Assembly: GCA_045588145.1 (NCBI GenBank) | Contig: JAZNDS010000038.1 | Coordinates: forward strand, 882-64,881 | Direction of reading: 5' to 3' | Length of the DNA: 64,000 nucleotides | Source of the DNA: Eubacteriales bacterium | GTDB lineage: Bacteria > Bacillota > Clostridia > Oscillospirales > CAG-272 | Shown: positions 10,104 to 18,377 of the stretch, piece by piece | Numbering within the stretch: position 1 is the first letter of the stretch | Layout of the letters: the number at the start of each line of letters is the position of its first letter | Notes under the pieces: model-generated | The model's input: only the letters and a program-made list of their open reading frames with translations | Databases searched by the model: none | What the model was told of the DNA's origin: nothing | Made by a program: the position numbers and the translations under genes

Positions 10104-11441
10104 TTATTCGTCGCAAAGGACGGTGATCTCTTGGTAGCCGTAATAGCGGAAGGCCTCGATCGCTTCGGGGGTGATCCGCTCGCCCGGCATTAAGATCGGA
10201 ACCGCCGGCGGACAAGCGGTCGGCAGGCCGCCGAGGATCTTTCCCTCGGCCCATTCCAAGGGGACGGCGGTCGACGGGCGCATCAGCGCTTCGCGCGGGG
10301 AAAGGACGGCCTCTCCCGAAACGGCGGGGGGCGCGCTCTGCTCGATCGGACGGCCGCGCGGGATCGACAAAAGCACCCGCTCGACCCGCGAAAGTTCCCG
10401 CCCCGAAAGCCGGGGGGAGAGCATCAGGACTACGTGATCGGGGTCGGCGTGCTCCACAAGGATCCGCTTTCTTTCAAGCAGCGAAGCCAGCGTGCTTCCG
10501 CTGTATCCGAGGGGCTTGGTCAAAAGCGTCAGCTTCAGGGGCTCATCCCCCACAAGGCCGTAGCCGTGCGCCGTAAGGCTCTCTCGCAGCTCCTTCAGGC
10601 GGGGAAGGAGCGCCTCCAGCGCGCGGGGGAAGCGGCGGAAGAGATGCTCATTCAGCCGATCGAGCGAAGCAAGCGTCAGATACGAGGGGCTGGTCGAAGC
10701 AAAGAGTGCCATCGCCCCCTCGGCCTCCTGCGAGAGGAAGAGCGGCGCGTTCTGCCCGATATGCAGGTACGCCGCCCCCGTCAGGGCGGGCAGGGTCTTA
10801 TGCGCCGAATCGCAGCAGAGATCGCATCCCCCGTCCAAGGGGTGGCGCGAGGGGGAAAGAAAGCGCAGGTAGGCGCCGTGGGCGTTATCCACGAGAAGCA
10901 GGGTGCCGTAGCGATGGCAAAGCGACGCCAGCGCCCCGATATCCAGCGTATTCCCGAGATAATCGGGCGAGGTGACGAAAAGCGCGATCGGACGCTCTCT
11001 TTGCAGCTGCTCCTCCAGGGCGGAGGGGTCGGGGGTATAGGAAAGAAGCCCCCCCTCTCCAAGGAGCCAGGTGACCTTTATATCCACAAGCGCCGCCGCC
11101 GAAAGAAGCGCCTTGTGCGCGTTGCGGGCGCAAAGCAGGCGGGGCTCTCTTTTCTGGCTTGCGGCATACAGGCGCACAAGATAGAGCATCGCGCGGATGC
11201 AGTGAGAGGAGCCCTCGGTCGAATAGAGCGTCCTTTGCGAGCCGAAGAGGACCGAGGCGTAGCGCTCGCTTTGGCGGATCACGCCGTTTGCGTTGTAGAG
11301 CGTATCGGCCCCCGCGATCTCGGTGATATCCCATGGCTCGGGCCCCAGAAGGCGCTTCCCCTTATGCCCCGGCATATGCAGGCGGATCGGGCGGCGCTTG
11401 GCGTAGCGCTTGACGAAGGTATAGATCGGGGCGTTCTTCAT
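10104..11441 (-). CDS. PLP-dependent Orn/Lys/Arg decarboxylase-family protein
   Basis: LHMPGHKG N-terminal motif and an SAHKTLPALTG PLP-lysine motif. Its start overlaps the scfB stop as ATGA. Confidence 0.85.
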   Translation of the reverse strand: MKNAPIYTFVKRYAKRRPIRLHMPGHKGKRLLGPEPWDITEIAGADTLYNANGVIRQSERYASVLFGSQRTLYSTEGSSHCIRAMLYLVRLYAASQKREPRLLCARNAHKALLSAAALVDIKVTWLLGEGGLLSYTPDPSALEEQLQRERPIALFVTSPDYLGNTLDIGALASLCHRYGTLLLVDNAHGAYLRFLSPSRHPLDGGCDLCCDSAHKTLPALTGAAYLHIGQNAPLFLSQEAEGAMALFASTSPSYLTLASLDRLNEHLFRRFPRALEALLPRLKELRESLTAHGYGLVGDEPLKLTLLTKPLGYSGSTLASLLERKRILVEHADPDHVVLMLSPRLSGRELSRVERVLLSIPRGRPIEQSAPPAVSGEAVLSPREALMRPSTAVPLEWAEGKILGGLPTACPPAVPILMPGERITPEAIEAFRYYGYQEITVLCDE

Positions 11442-12820
11442 AGCGAAAGCTCCCGCTTGGCGATCTCAAGATAGATCGCGCATTCCATCCGCTTGCGGAA
11501 CAGGCGACAGCCGCTTTCGTAGATGCCGCGGATGCTGCCCGTGGCGTGGTAGGCGTTGGCGGCGCACCCGCCCGAGCAGTAGAGCTTGGCCCAGCAGTCG
11601 GCGCAAGCAGGGCGCGCGTAGACATTGCAGGCGCGGAATTCGTTTTGCATTTCGAAATTATCAAGCCCGTCCCACACGTTGCCGAGCTTGAATTTCTCGT
11701 CCCCGACGAACTGGTGGCAGGGGTAAAGATCGCCGGCGGGAGTCACGGCCATATATTCGGTGCCCGAGCCGCAGCCCGAGATGCGCTTATAGATGCAGGG
11801 ACCGCCCGTAAGGTCGATCATATAATGATAGAAGGTAAAGGGGTCGCCCTCCTTCTTCTTTTGCAGCATCAGCTCGGCCAGCTCCTCATACTGCTTCATA
11901 ACAATTGCAAGATCCTCCTCGGTAAGCGCCGAGGGGGAATCGGGAGGGGCGACCACCGGCTCCATGCTGATCTCGCGGAAGCCGAGCGAAAGCATTTCCT
12001 TGATATCGGCCAGAAAATCGGGGTTCTCATGCGTGAAGGTGCCGCGCATATAGTAATTTTTACCCTCGCGCGCCTTGACCATCTCCTGAAAGAGCGGCAC
12101 GATGCGGTCGTAGCTGCCGCGCCCCGCGTGATCGACGCGGTAACGGTCATGCACCCGCTTTCGCCCGTCAAGGCTTAAGACGACGTTGCTCATTTCCTTG
12201 TTGGCAAAGTCAATGACGTCACGGTCGATGAGCATGCCGTTGGTGGTCAGGGTGAAGCGGAAGTTTTTGTTATACTTCTTTTCGACCGAGCGGGCGTAGG
12301 CCACCAGCTGCTTGACGACCTCAAGGTTCATCAGCGGCTCCCCGCCGAAGAAATCGACCTCCAGGTTATGCCGCGTGCCCGAATGTTCGATCAGAAAATC
12401 CAGGGCGCGCTTACCGGTCTCAAAGGACATCACGGCGCTTTTTCCCTGATACTTCCCCTGCCCCGCAAAGCAGTAGGCGCAGGCAAGGTTGCAGGTATGC
12501 GCCACGTGCAGGCACAGCGCCTTCACGACCCCCGCGGTCTTTTCCTTTAAGTCCCCCGCCCGCGCTTCAAAGGTATCGGGCGCGAAGAGCTTTTTCTCTT
12601 CCTTTAAGGAAAGGATCTCCCCGTAGCAGGAAAGAAGCTCCTCCTCGGTAACGGCGGGGTTATCCTTGTATTTTTCAAGAAGCGAAGCGATCAGCGCATC
12701 CTTTTCGCTTTGCTCGAATTGCTCGATCATATCGAAGGCGACCTCGTCCACCACGTGAATGGCGCCCGAGTAGGTGTCCAGCACGATGTTGTAGCCGCCC
12801 TGCTTATAGCAATGTACCAT
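11438..12820 (-). CDS. scfB: SCIFF radical SAM/SPASM thioether-forming maturase
   Basis: CNLACAYC radical-SAM cluster motif and a Cys-rich SPASM C-terminus (CADCWAKLYCSGGCAANAY). Lies immediately downstream of a SCIFF precursor ORF. Confidence 0.9.
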   Translation of the reverse strand: MVHCYKQGGYNIVLDTYSGAIHVVDEVAFDMIEQFEQSEKDALIASLLEKYKDNPAVTEEELLSCYGEILSLKEEKKLFAPDTFEARAGDLKEKTAGVVKALCLHVAHTCNLACAYCFAGQGKYQGKSAVMSFETGKRALDFLIEHSGTRHNLEVDFFGGEPLMNLEVVKQLVAYARSVEKKYNKNFRFTLTTNGMLIDRDVIDFANKEMSNVVLSLDGRKRVHDRYRVDHAGRGSYDRIVPLFQEMVKAREGKNYYMRGTFTHENPDFLADIKEMLSLGFREISMEPVVAPPDSPSALTEEDLAIVMKQYEELAELMLQKKKEGDPFTFYHYMIDLTGGPCIYKRISGCGSGTEYMAVTPAGDLYPCHQFVGDEKFKLGNVWDGLDNFEMQNEFRACNVYARPACADCWAKLYCSGGCAANAYHATGSIRGIYESGCRLFRKRMECAIYLEIAKRELSL

Positions 12821-12852
12821 ATTTCCTCTCTTTTCTATGAAGATAAACCGAA

Positions 12853-12883
12853 GAAAAACGCCGCCTGCCGGCGGCGTTTTTTC
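12853..12883 (-). terminator. Intercistronic hairpin/partial terminator between scfA and scfB
   Basis: Stem CGCCGCC (12859-65) pairs with GGCGGCG (12870-76). A U-run follows on the minus-strand transcript directly after the scfA stop. Confidence 0.6.
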
Positions 12884-13030
12884 TTACTTATTGTTGTTTT
12901 CGCAGTTCTGATTGGCGATGCCGCAGCTGGTCTTGCAGGCGGACTGGCAAGAGGTCTGACACTCGCCGCAGCCACCGTTCTTTGCGCTCTTGCAAAGGTC
13001 ACGGGTCTCGATGGTCTTAATATGTTCCAT
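12884..13030 (-). CDS. scfA: SCIFF (six-cysteines-in-forty-five) ribosomal peptide precursor, 48 aa
   Basis: Hand translation of the minus strand gives MEHIKTIETRDLCKSAKNGGCGECQTSCQSACKTSCGIANQNCENNNK. GGAGG RBS lies 8 nt upstream. Not in the ORF track because it is under 60 aa. Confidence 0.9.
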   Translation of the reverse strand: MEHIKTIETRDLCKSAKNGGCGECQTSCQSACKTSCGIANQNCENNNK

Positions 13031-13062
13031 ACTGATATCCTCCGTATATTACGATTTTCTTT

Positions 13063-13091
13063 ATTATAGCACGCGTATAGCCGCTTGTCAA
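13063..13091 (-). promoter_or_regulatory. Consensus sigma-A promoter for scfA-scfB
   Basis: Minus strand reads TTGACA-N17-TATAAT exactly, with a TGc extended -10. Confidence 0.7.
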
Positions 13092-13116
13092 GAAGCGACA
13101 GGGGGATTTTTTGCGA

Positions 13117-14205
13117 TCAGAGGGTGTCGCTTTCGTGATGGCGGATGAAGTCCAAGAACACCGCCCAGTCGTGGCGCGAAAGGAAGTGCATCCCCGCGCG
13201 GCGGCGGTAGCCGATGCGCCCATCCATGTACCGCTCGTCGATCTCGGGCATTTTGTTCTTGTGGCAGAAGCCGACGCGCCCCAGCCGGGTATACGCGGGG
13301 GAGGCGGCGCAGCAGCAAAGGAACTCGGAATCGGGGTCGGCCCACTCATCCATTTGCGAGGAGGTGACGAAAACGAAGCGCGGCGCGATCGAGCCGAGCA
13401 AAAAATGCTGGTCGAAGCCTTCGGGAAGGTTGGCTTCGGCAAAGCTTTGGTACTTTTTCGAGAACCAATGCGGGAAGACGGAGGTGATGGCGCGAAGCGT
13501 TTCGCCCGTGTTCAGGTTCAGGGGGCCGCGCTTTTCCAGAAAGCCGATGTTGCCGCGGTGAAGAGCGGCGCCCGAGCAGCCCGAGTTGTTGGAAAGCACG
13601 TAGCGGAAGCGCTCGTCACACATGCCGGTGACAAGAGCGGTCTTTCCAAGGCGGCTGTGTCCGAGGATCGCCGCCTGCGAAAGGTCAAGCCCCGTAAGCG
13701 TTTCGGCGTAGTCGAGAAGGCGGGAGGCCGCAAAGCTCCAGACGCGGATCTTGCCTGCCGTATCCTCCCTTTCCTGCCCGTTCGGCAAAAGGACCTTGCA
13801 AAGGCCGTTCGTAAAATCGCCGTCATCACTCGTTACGTCCTTATAGCAGAAGGAGAGGACGGCAAAGCCGCGGTCGGCGATCTCCTCAAGCGGGAAATAC
13901 TTATCGGGCACGTTCGGGGAAAAGTTCATAAAAACGACAAGGGGGTGAAGCTTATCATCGTGATAGAGCAGGCGGTTGACCGTGAAGGTATGGCTGCCGT
14001 ATTCGGAGCTTACCGTCATCTCGACCGTCGAATGCTCGCCGGTATAGCAAAGATAGCGCTTTTCGATCGAGGTCGGCTTTGAGACCGACACCTCGTAGGG
14101 CACCTCGGGCAGGTAGCCGTATTCGTTATCCAGCAGAAGCTTTTTCATCTCCTCGCGCGGAAGAATGGAGGGAAGATCTCTTTCCTTCAGCAGCTGTTCG
14201 ATCAT
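13117..14205 (-). CDS. Alpha/beta hydrolase, CE15 glucuronoyl-esterase-like, no signal peptide
   Basis: GHSRLGKTAL nucleophile-elbow motif resembles the CE15 G-x-S-R-x-G signature. Start trimmed to ATG 14205 (AAGGAGAA RBS). Confidence 0.6.
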   Translation of the reverse strand: MIEQLLKERDLPSILPREEMKKLLLDNEYGYLPEVPYEVSVSKPTSIEKRYLCYTGEHSTVEMTVSSEYGSHTFTVNRLLYHDDKLHPLVVFMNFSPNVPDKYFPLEEIADRGFAVLSFCYKDVTSDDGDFTNGLCKVLLPNGQEREDTAGKIRVWSFAASRLLDYAETLTGLDLSQAAILGHSRLGKTALVTGMCDERFRYVLSNNSGCSGAALHRGNIGFLEKRGPLNLNTGETLRAITSVFPHWFSKKYQSFAEANLPEGFDQHFLLGSIAPRFVFVTSSQMDEWADPDSEFLCCCAASPAYTRLGRVGFCHKNKMPEIDERYMDGRIGYRRRAGMHFLSRHDWAVFLDFIRHHESDTL

Positions 14206-14371
14206 CTTTCTTCTCCTTTTCGGAAAAATTCGTTTTTTCACGCACAGTATATCACAGCAGGAGGGGATTTGCAAGCAGATACTTGATTATTTCTTAAAAA
14301 AATGTTATATTATGAGGGAGCGCCGAGCCCCCCCAAAAAAAGGCGCTGATTTTACAAGAAAAGGAATCCCT

Positions 14372-15811
14372 ATGGCTAAAAAAAGCATCAAAAAACGCCT
14401 TTCGGCTTACCGCGCCTCGCTTCATCATACCGACGGGGCCTCTCGCTATATTCGGCTTTACACCCTCTTCGTCAGCCTTTTTCTGCTTCTTGCCTCGCTT
14501 ATCGGGGCCCTTCTGACCGAGGAGACCGCCTTCTTCAAGCATTTTTTAACCCTGCAGATCACCCCCTCGCCACTGATCACCGACTATTTCGCCTTAGGCG
14601 GGCTTGGCAGCACCTTCTTTAACGCGGGGATCCTCGGCCTGCTTGTCAATCTTCTGATGCGCCTTTTCAGAACGCGCGCCAACGCCACAACGCTTGCCGC
14701 CTATTTCCTCGTGATCGCCCACGGCTTTTACGGGCTTTCGGTGCTTTCCTGCCTGCCGATCCTTCTCGGGGGCGCCGTTTATTGCCTTGTCCGCCGCCGA
14801 CCGATGGGAGAGCATTTGCCCACCGTCCTCTTTTCCACCGCCCTTGGCCCCTTTATCGGGGATTTCCTCTTCCGCTACCCGCCGACCCACGGGGGCGGCA
14901 CGGGGCTTTCTCTTGCGGGGGTGCTGCTCGCGCTTTTCTTCGGGATCCTTGTTGGCTTTGCGGTTCCCGCGCTGATTTCGGGCACCTCGGGCATGCACCG
15001 CGGCTACAGCCTGTATAAAGCGGGCCTGGCCATCGGGCTTCTCGGGGTCTTCTGCTACGCCCTTTTCTACCGCTGCCTCGGCCTTGTGGCCCCCCCGGCG
15101 CCCACAGCGCCGAGCGGCGGCTACGGAGAAGGCACCCTCGGCTATATGCTTTTCGTCAATCTCTTCCTTCTTTCGCTTTTCCTTATCACCCTGCTGTGGG
15201 GCTATTTTTCAAACAACAAAAGCCTTGAGGGCTTCGGCCCCCTGCTTCGCTCAACCGGCTACGGCACCGATTTCGTCGACCGCTTCGGCTTTCCCATTTG
15301 CCTTATCAACCTTGCGGTATACGGACTGTGCCTTTTGGCCCTTTTCGATCTTTTCGCCCTGCTTCCCTCGTTTATCCCAACCCTGCCCGAGGCGGCGGGC
15401 TTTACCGGCCCCACCCTTGGGGTGATCTTCGCGGCGCTCACCTTCTCGGCCGACGGACAGCAGATCCGCACCGTGTGGCCGATCGCCCTCGGGTACGCCC
15501 TGCTTTTTTGCCTGTGCTTCGGGGTAACGGCGGCGCTGGGGTGGTCGCTCCCCTGGACGCTTGGCAGCCAGGTGTATCTTGGCGGCCTTGCCTTCGCGAC
15601 CGGCCTTTGCCCCTTTGCGGGAAAGTACGGCGCCAAGGTGGGCGTTGCCGCGGGCTTTTTAAGCGCCACGATCTGCGCCGTCACCGCGCAGATGCACGGC
15701 GGCTTCGTGCTGTATAACGGCGGTTTCACGGCGGGCCTTGCCGCCCTTCTGCTTCTGCCGATCCTTGATTTTTATCACATTCAACCCAAGTTTGAGGACG
15801 ATACGCTTTGA
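14372..15811 (+). CDS. Polytopic integral membrane protein of unknown function
   Basis: About 12 hydrophobic segments. Start trimmed to MAKKSIKK at 14372, because the upstream part of listed ORF 14165.. overlaps the divergent promoter region. Confidence 0.7.
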   Translation: MAKKSIKKRLSAYRASLHHTDGASRYIRLYTLFVSLFLLLASLIGALLTEETAFFKHFLTLQITPSPLITDYFALGGLGSTFFNAGILGLLVNLLMRLFRTRANATTLAAYFLVIAHGFYGLSVLSCLPILLGGAVYCLVRRRPMGEHLPTVLFSTALGPFIGDFLFRYPPTHGGGTGLSLAGVLLALFFGILVGFAVPALISGTSGMHRGYSLYKAGLAIGLLGVFCYALFYRCLGLVAPPAPTAPSGGYGEGTLGYMLFVNLFLLSLFLITLLWGYFSNNKSLEGFGPLLRSTGYGTDFVDRFGFPICLINLAVYGLCLLALFDLFALLPSFIPTLPEAAGFTGPTLGVIFAALTFSADGQQIRTVWPIALGYALLFCLCFGVTAALGWSLPWTLGSQVYLGGLAFATGLCPFAGKYGAKVGVAAGFLSATICAVTAQMHGGFVLYNGGFTAGLAALLLLPILDFYHIQPKFEDDTL

Positions 15812-15844
15812 TTTTGTAAACACAACCTTACAAGGGAGATCGTT

Positions 15845-17032
15845 ATGTTTGACCTATTCGTGCGCCTTTTCATCAAGGACAGCCAAAACACCGAAAGCGA
15901 GGCGGTGCGTAGCGCCTACGGGCGACTGGCGAGCCTTTTCGGGATCGTGATGAACCTGCTGCTTTCGGGCGGAAAGATCCTTTTCGGCCTTTTGTCGGGT
16001 GCGATCTCGATCCTTTCGGACGGCCTTAACAACCTTTCGGACGCCGCCTCCTCGCTGATCACGCTCGTCGGATTCAAGCTTTCCGCGAAGAAGCCGGATC
16101 GGGAGCATCCCTTCGGCCATGGGCGGATCGAGTATCTTTCGGGGCTGCTCGTTTCGGCGATGATCCTGATCGTTGCCTTTCAGCTTTTCACCGATTCGCT
16201 TACCAAGGTGATAAGCGGAGAAAGCGCCTCACTGGAGCGGGGGGTCTTTGGCTACATCACGCTTGCCTTTCTCGTACTTTCGATCGCGATCAAACTGCTG
16301 ATGGCGGGCTTTAACCGCCATGTGGGGAAAAGGATCCGCTCGGCGGCGCTTTCGGCCACCGCGCTTGACTGTCTTTCCGACTGCATCTCGACCGCCGTCG
16401 TTCTCCTTTCGATGCTGCTGTCTCTCTTTATCCCCGATTTTCCGATCGACGGATGCGCGGGGCTCTTCGTTTCACTCTTTATCGCGTACACGGGCGTTCG
16501 GTCGGTAAAGGAGATCGTGGCCCTGCTTTTGGGGCAGGCACCCGATCGGGAGCTGGTGAAGAAAATCGAAAAATACGTTGAGGAATTCGATCCGCGCGTC
16601 GTGGGGCTGCATGACCTCGTCCTGCACGATTACGGCCCCGGGCGGAAGATCCTGATCTTGCACGTGGAGGTCCCCGCCGAAGGAAACATACTGGAGCTGC
16701 ACGACCTCGTCGACAACATCGAGGTGGGGCTTTCCGAGCGTTTTTCCTGCATCACGACCATTCATATGGACCCTGTTATCACCCAGTCCGAGCGGGTGCT
16801 GGAGCTGAAAAGGACCTGCCTTTCGATCGTTCAGGCGATCGACCCCGCCCTTTCCCTGCACGATTTCCGTATGAACGAGGGCTCGACCCACGCCAACCTG
16901 ATCTTCGACGTGGTGGTCCCCCACGAATGCCCCCTTGCGCTTGAGGAGATCGCCGCGCGCGTCGCCGCCGCCGTCAAGGAGCACGACCCGCGCCTCTCGG
17001 CCGTCGTCAAGGCCGAATATCCGTTCGTTTAA
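15845..17032 (+). CDS. Cation diffusion facilitator (CDF) family transporter
   Basis: LSDGLNNLSDAASS and HPFGHGRIEYL motifs, plus a C-terminal cytoplasmic domain. Confidence 0.88.
   Translation: MFDLFVRLFIKDSQNTESEAVRSAYGRLASLFGIVMNLLLSGGKILFGLLSGAISILSDGLNNLSDAASSLITLVGFKLSAKKPDREHPFGHGRIEYLSGLLVSAMILIVAFQLFTDSLTKVISGESASLERGVFGYITLAFLVLSIAIKLLMAGFNRHVGKRIRSAALSATALDCLSDCISTAVVLLSMLLSLFIPDFPIDGCAGLFVSLFIAYTGVRSVKEIVALLLGQAPDRELVKKIEKYVEEFDPRVVGLHDLVLHDYGPGRKILILHVEVPAEGNILELHDLVDNIEVGLSERFSCITTIHMDPVITQSERVLELKRTCLSIVQAIDPALSLHDFRMNEGSTHANLIFDVVVPHECPLALEEIAARVAAAVKEHDPRLSAVVKAEYPFV
17006..17032 (+). repeat. Left direct repeat (last 9 codons of CDF gene)
   Basis: GTCAAGGCCGAATATCCGTTCGTTTAA recurs at 17410..17436 with one synonymous change (GTT to GTC). 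Confidence 0.85.
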
Positions 17033-17080
17033 CGAAGCCTCCTCAAAAGGGGAGGGGCTTGCTCCTCCCGTCTTTGCAAA

Positions 17081-17110
17081 GAACGGACGACCGATGGTCG
17101 CCCCTACCGG
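17081..17110 (+). repeat. REP-like hairpin module (variant)
   Basis: GAACGGACGACCGATGGTCGCCCCTACCGG. The same module, with GAGCGATGCTC, occurs at 9998, 43573 and elsewhere. Confidence 0.7.
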
Positions 17111-17179
17111 CTACACACCAACCGGGATTGCCACTTAGAATACATCCGTCAAAATATATGGTTCAAAGGAAAGAGAAAA

Positions 17180-17386
17180 ATGGTACGGTTGACCTTAGAT
17201 AAGTATTTGGAAAAACGCGGTATCACGCGCTATGAATTAGCCAAACGGATCGACGTAAAATTCCAAACCGTAGACCGTTATTATAAAAACCGTATCGTGC
17301 GGTATGACAGTTATATTTTAGACCGTATCTGCACCGCCTTGGATTGCACCCTTGGCGATATCCTCGAATACGGTAAGGATGAATAA
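17180..17386 (+). CDS. Small XRE/Cro-type HTH transcriptional regulator (68 aa)
   Basis: RGITRYELAKRIDVKFQTVDRYY helix-turn-helix. The gene is visibly AT-richer than its flanks. Confidence 0.8.
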   Translation: MVRLTLDKYLEKRGITRYELAKRIDVKFQTVDRYYKNRIVRYDSYILDRICTALDCTLGDILEYGKDE

Positions 17387-17409
17387 TTTTGTCTTATCTT
17401 ATGCGGGCC

Positions 17410-17436
17410 GTCAAGGCCGAATATCCGTTCGTCTAA
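17410..17436 (+). repeat. Right direct repeat (copy of CDF 3' end)
   Basis: GTCAAGGCCGAATATCCGTTCGTCTAA, followed immediately by a terminator. Confidence 0.85.
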
Positions 17437-17449
17437 AATAAAAAAACAA

Positions 17450-17478
17450 AAAAGAGATGCGTGCGCATCTCTTTTTTC
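17450..17478 (+). terminator. Rho-independent terminator
   Basis: AGAGATGCG-tg-CGCATCTCT followed by TTTTT. Confidence 0.8.
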
Positions 17479-17570
17479 TTTGCGGTTATGTCCTCCCCGG
17501 TCGCATAGTCGAAATGCGCACTCATTCTCATTCGTTTCATTTCTCCTTGCTTTGCGGGGTATCACTTCAA

Positions 17571-17596
17571 TAAAAAGCCACAACGTGGCTTTTTAT
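17571..17596. terminator. Bidirectional terminator downstream of PPIase gene
   Basis: AAAGCCAC-aac-GTGGCTTT with flanking A and T runs. Confidence 0.7.
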
Positions 17597-17623
17597 CTCG
17601 TTCACCAAAAACTCCGTCCCGAC

Positions 17624-18367
17624 TTAGAACTTGTCGACGGGGAACATGATCTTCAGCTGATTGACCTTGCTCTGATAAGTGGCCTGCTGCTTGTCGGCGG
17701 TCAGCTTCTGATAGATGGTCTCCCTTGCCTCGTGGTAGGAGATGGGAGAGGCCTCGTTCTTGGCGTTGACGCGGATAAGGTGGAAGCCGAACTGGGTCTT
17801 GACGGGGTCGCTGACCTTGCCGATCTCGGCGCTAAAGGCGGCGTCCTCAAATTCCTTCACCATCTGGCCGCGGCCGAATTCCCCAAGGCTTCCGCCCGCC
17901 TCCTTCGAGGGGCAGGAGCTATACGCCTTGGCGGCCTCCTCAAAGGTCATCTCGCCCTTTTCGATCTTTTCCTTGACCGAAGCGGCCTCCTCCTCGGTGG
18001 CAACCAAGATATGCGCGGCGTTTACGGTTTCGCCCTGGTTGAATTTATCGAGGTTCTCGTCGTAGAACTTACGGACCTCCTCCTCCTTGACCGAAACGTT
18101 CCCAAGCGCCTTGCGGATGCCGTACTCGGCAAGCAGCGACTCCTTGGTCTTTTTCAGCTTCAGCTGGAAGGCGGGCTCGGCCTCAAAGAGGTTCTTCTGC
18201 GCTTCAAGCAGAAAGAGCTTCTGGTTGATCAGCTCGTCAAGCAGGGCGGCCATGCCCTCCTTGGTGCGATAGGCCTCGGCACGAGGCCCAAGGGCCACCA
18301 GCATGCCGTTCAGATCCTCCTCGGTGATCGGCAGTCCGCCGACACGCGCTAAAATTTTCTCGTTCAT
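17624..18367 (-). CDS. Parvulin-type peptidyl-prolyl cis-trans isomerase (SurA/PrsA-like, no signal peptide seen)
   Basis: HILV...GGSLGEFGRGQMVKEFEDAAF...FGFHLI rotamase motifs. Confidence 0.88.
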   Translation of the reverse strand: MNEKILARVGGLPITEEDLNGMLVALGPRAEAYRTKEGMAALLDELINQKLFLLEAQKNLFEAEPAFQLKLKKTKESLLAEYGIRKALGNVSVKEEEVRKFYDENLDKFNQGETVNAAHILVATEEEAASVKEKIEKGEMTFEEAAKAYSSCPSKEAGGSLGEFGRGQMVKEFEDAAFSAEIGKVSDPVKTQFGFHLIRVNAKNEASPISYHEARETIYQKLTADKQQATYQSKVNQLKIMFPVDKF

Positions 18368-18377
18368 ATTCTTCTCC

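Larger units (their letters stand above)
17033..17409. mobile_element. About 0.4-kb AT-richer insert or remnant between duplicated CDF 3' ends
   Basis: Bounded by 27-bp direct repeats. Contains one REP module and one XRE gene. The native-looking CDF terminator follows the right repeat. Confidence 0.5.

Noticed and set aside
9801-10193. ORF 9801..10193 and its mirror ORFs 25758..26222 and 25857..26333, which share the peptide ...DLSASCVAFYRLRLLGSARSRFGRHRLKKRLCRFFCTNPTK...
   Set aside because: The shared peptide is a translation of the inverted REP-like composite repeat. The sequence is dominated by hairpins and terminator-like stems. There is no RBS, and the reading frames differ in their ends between the copies.
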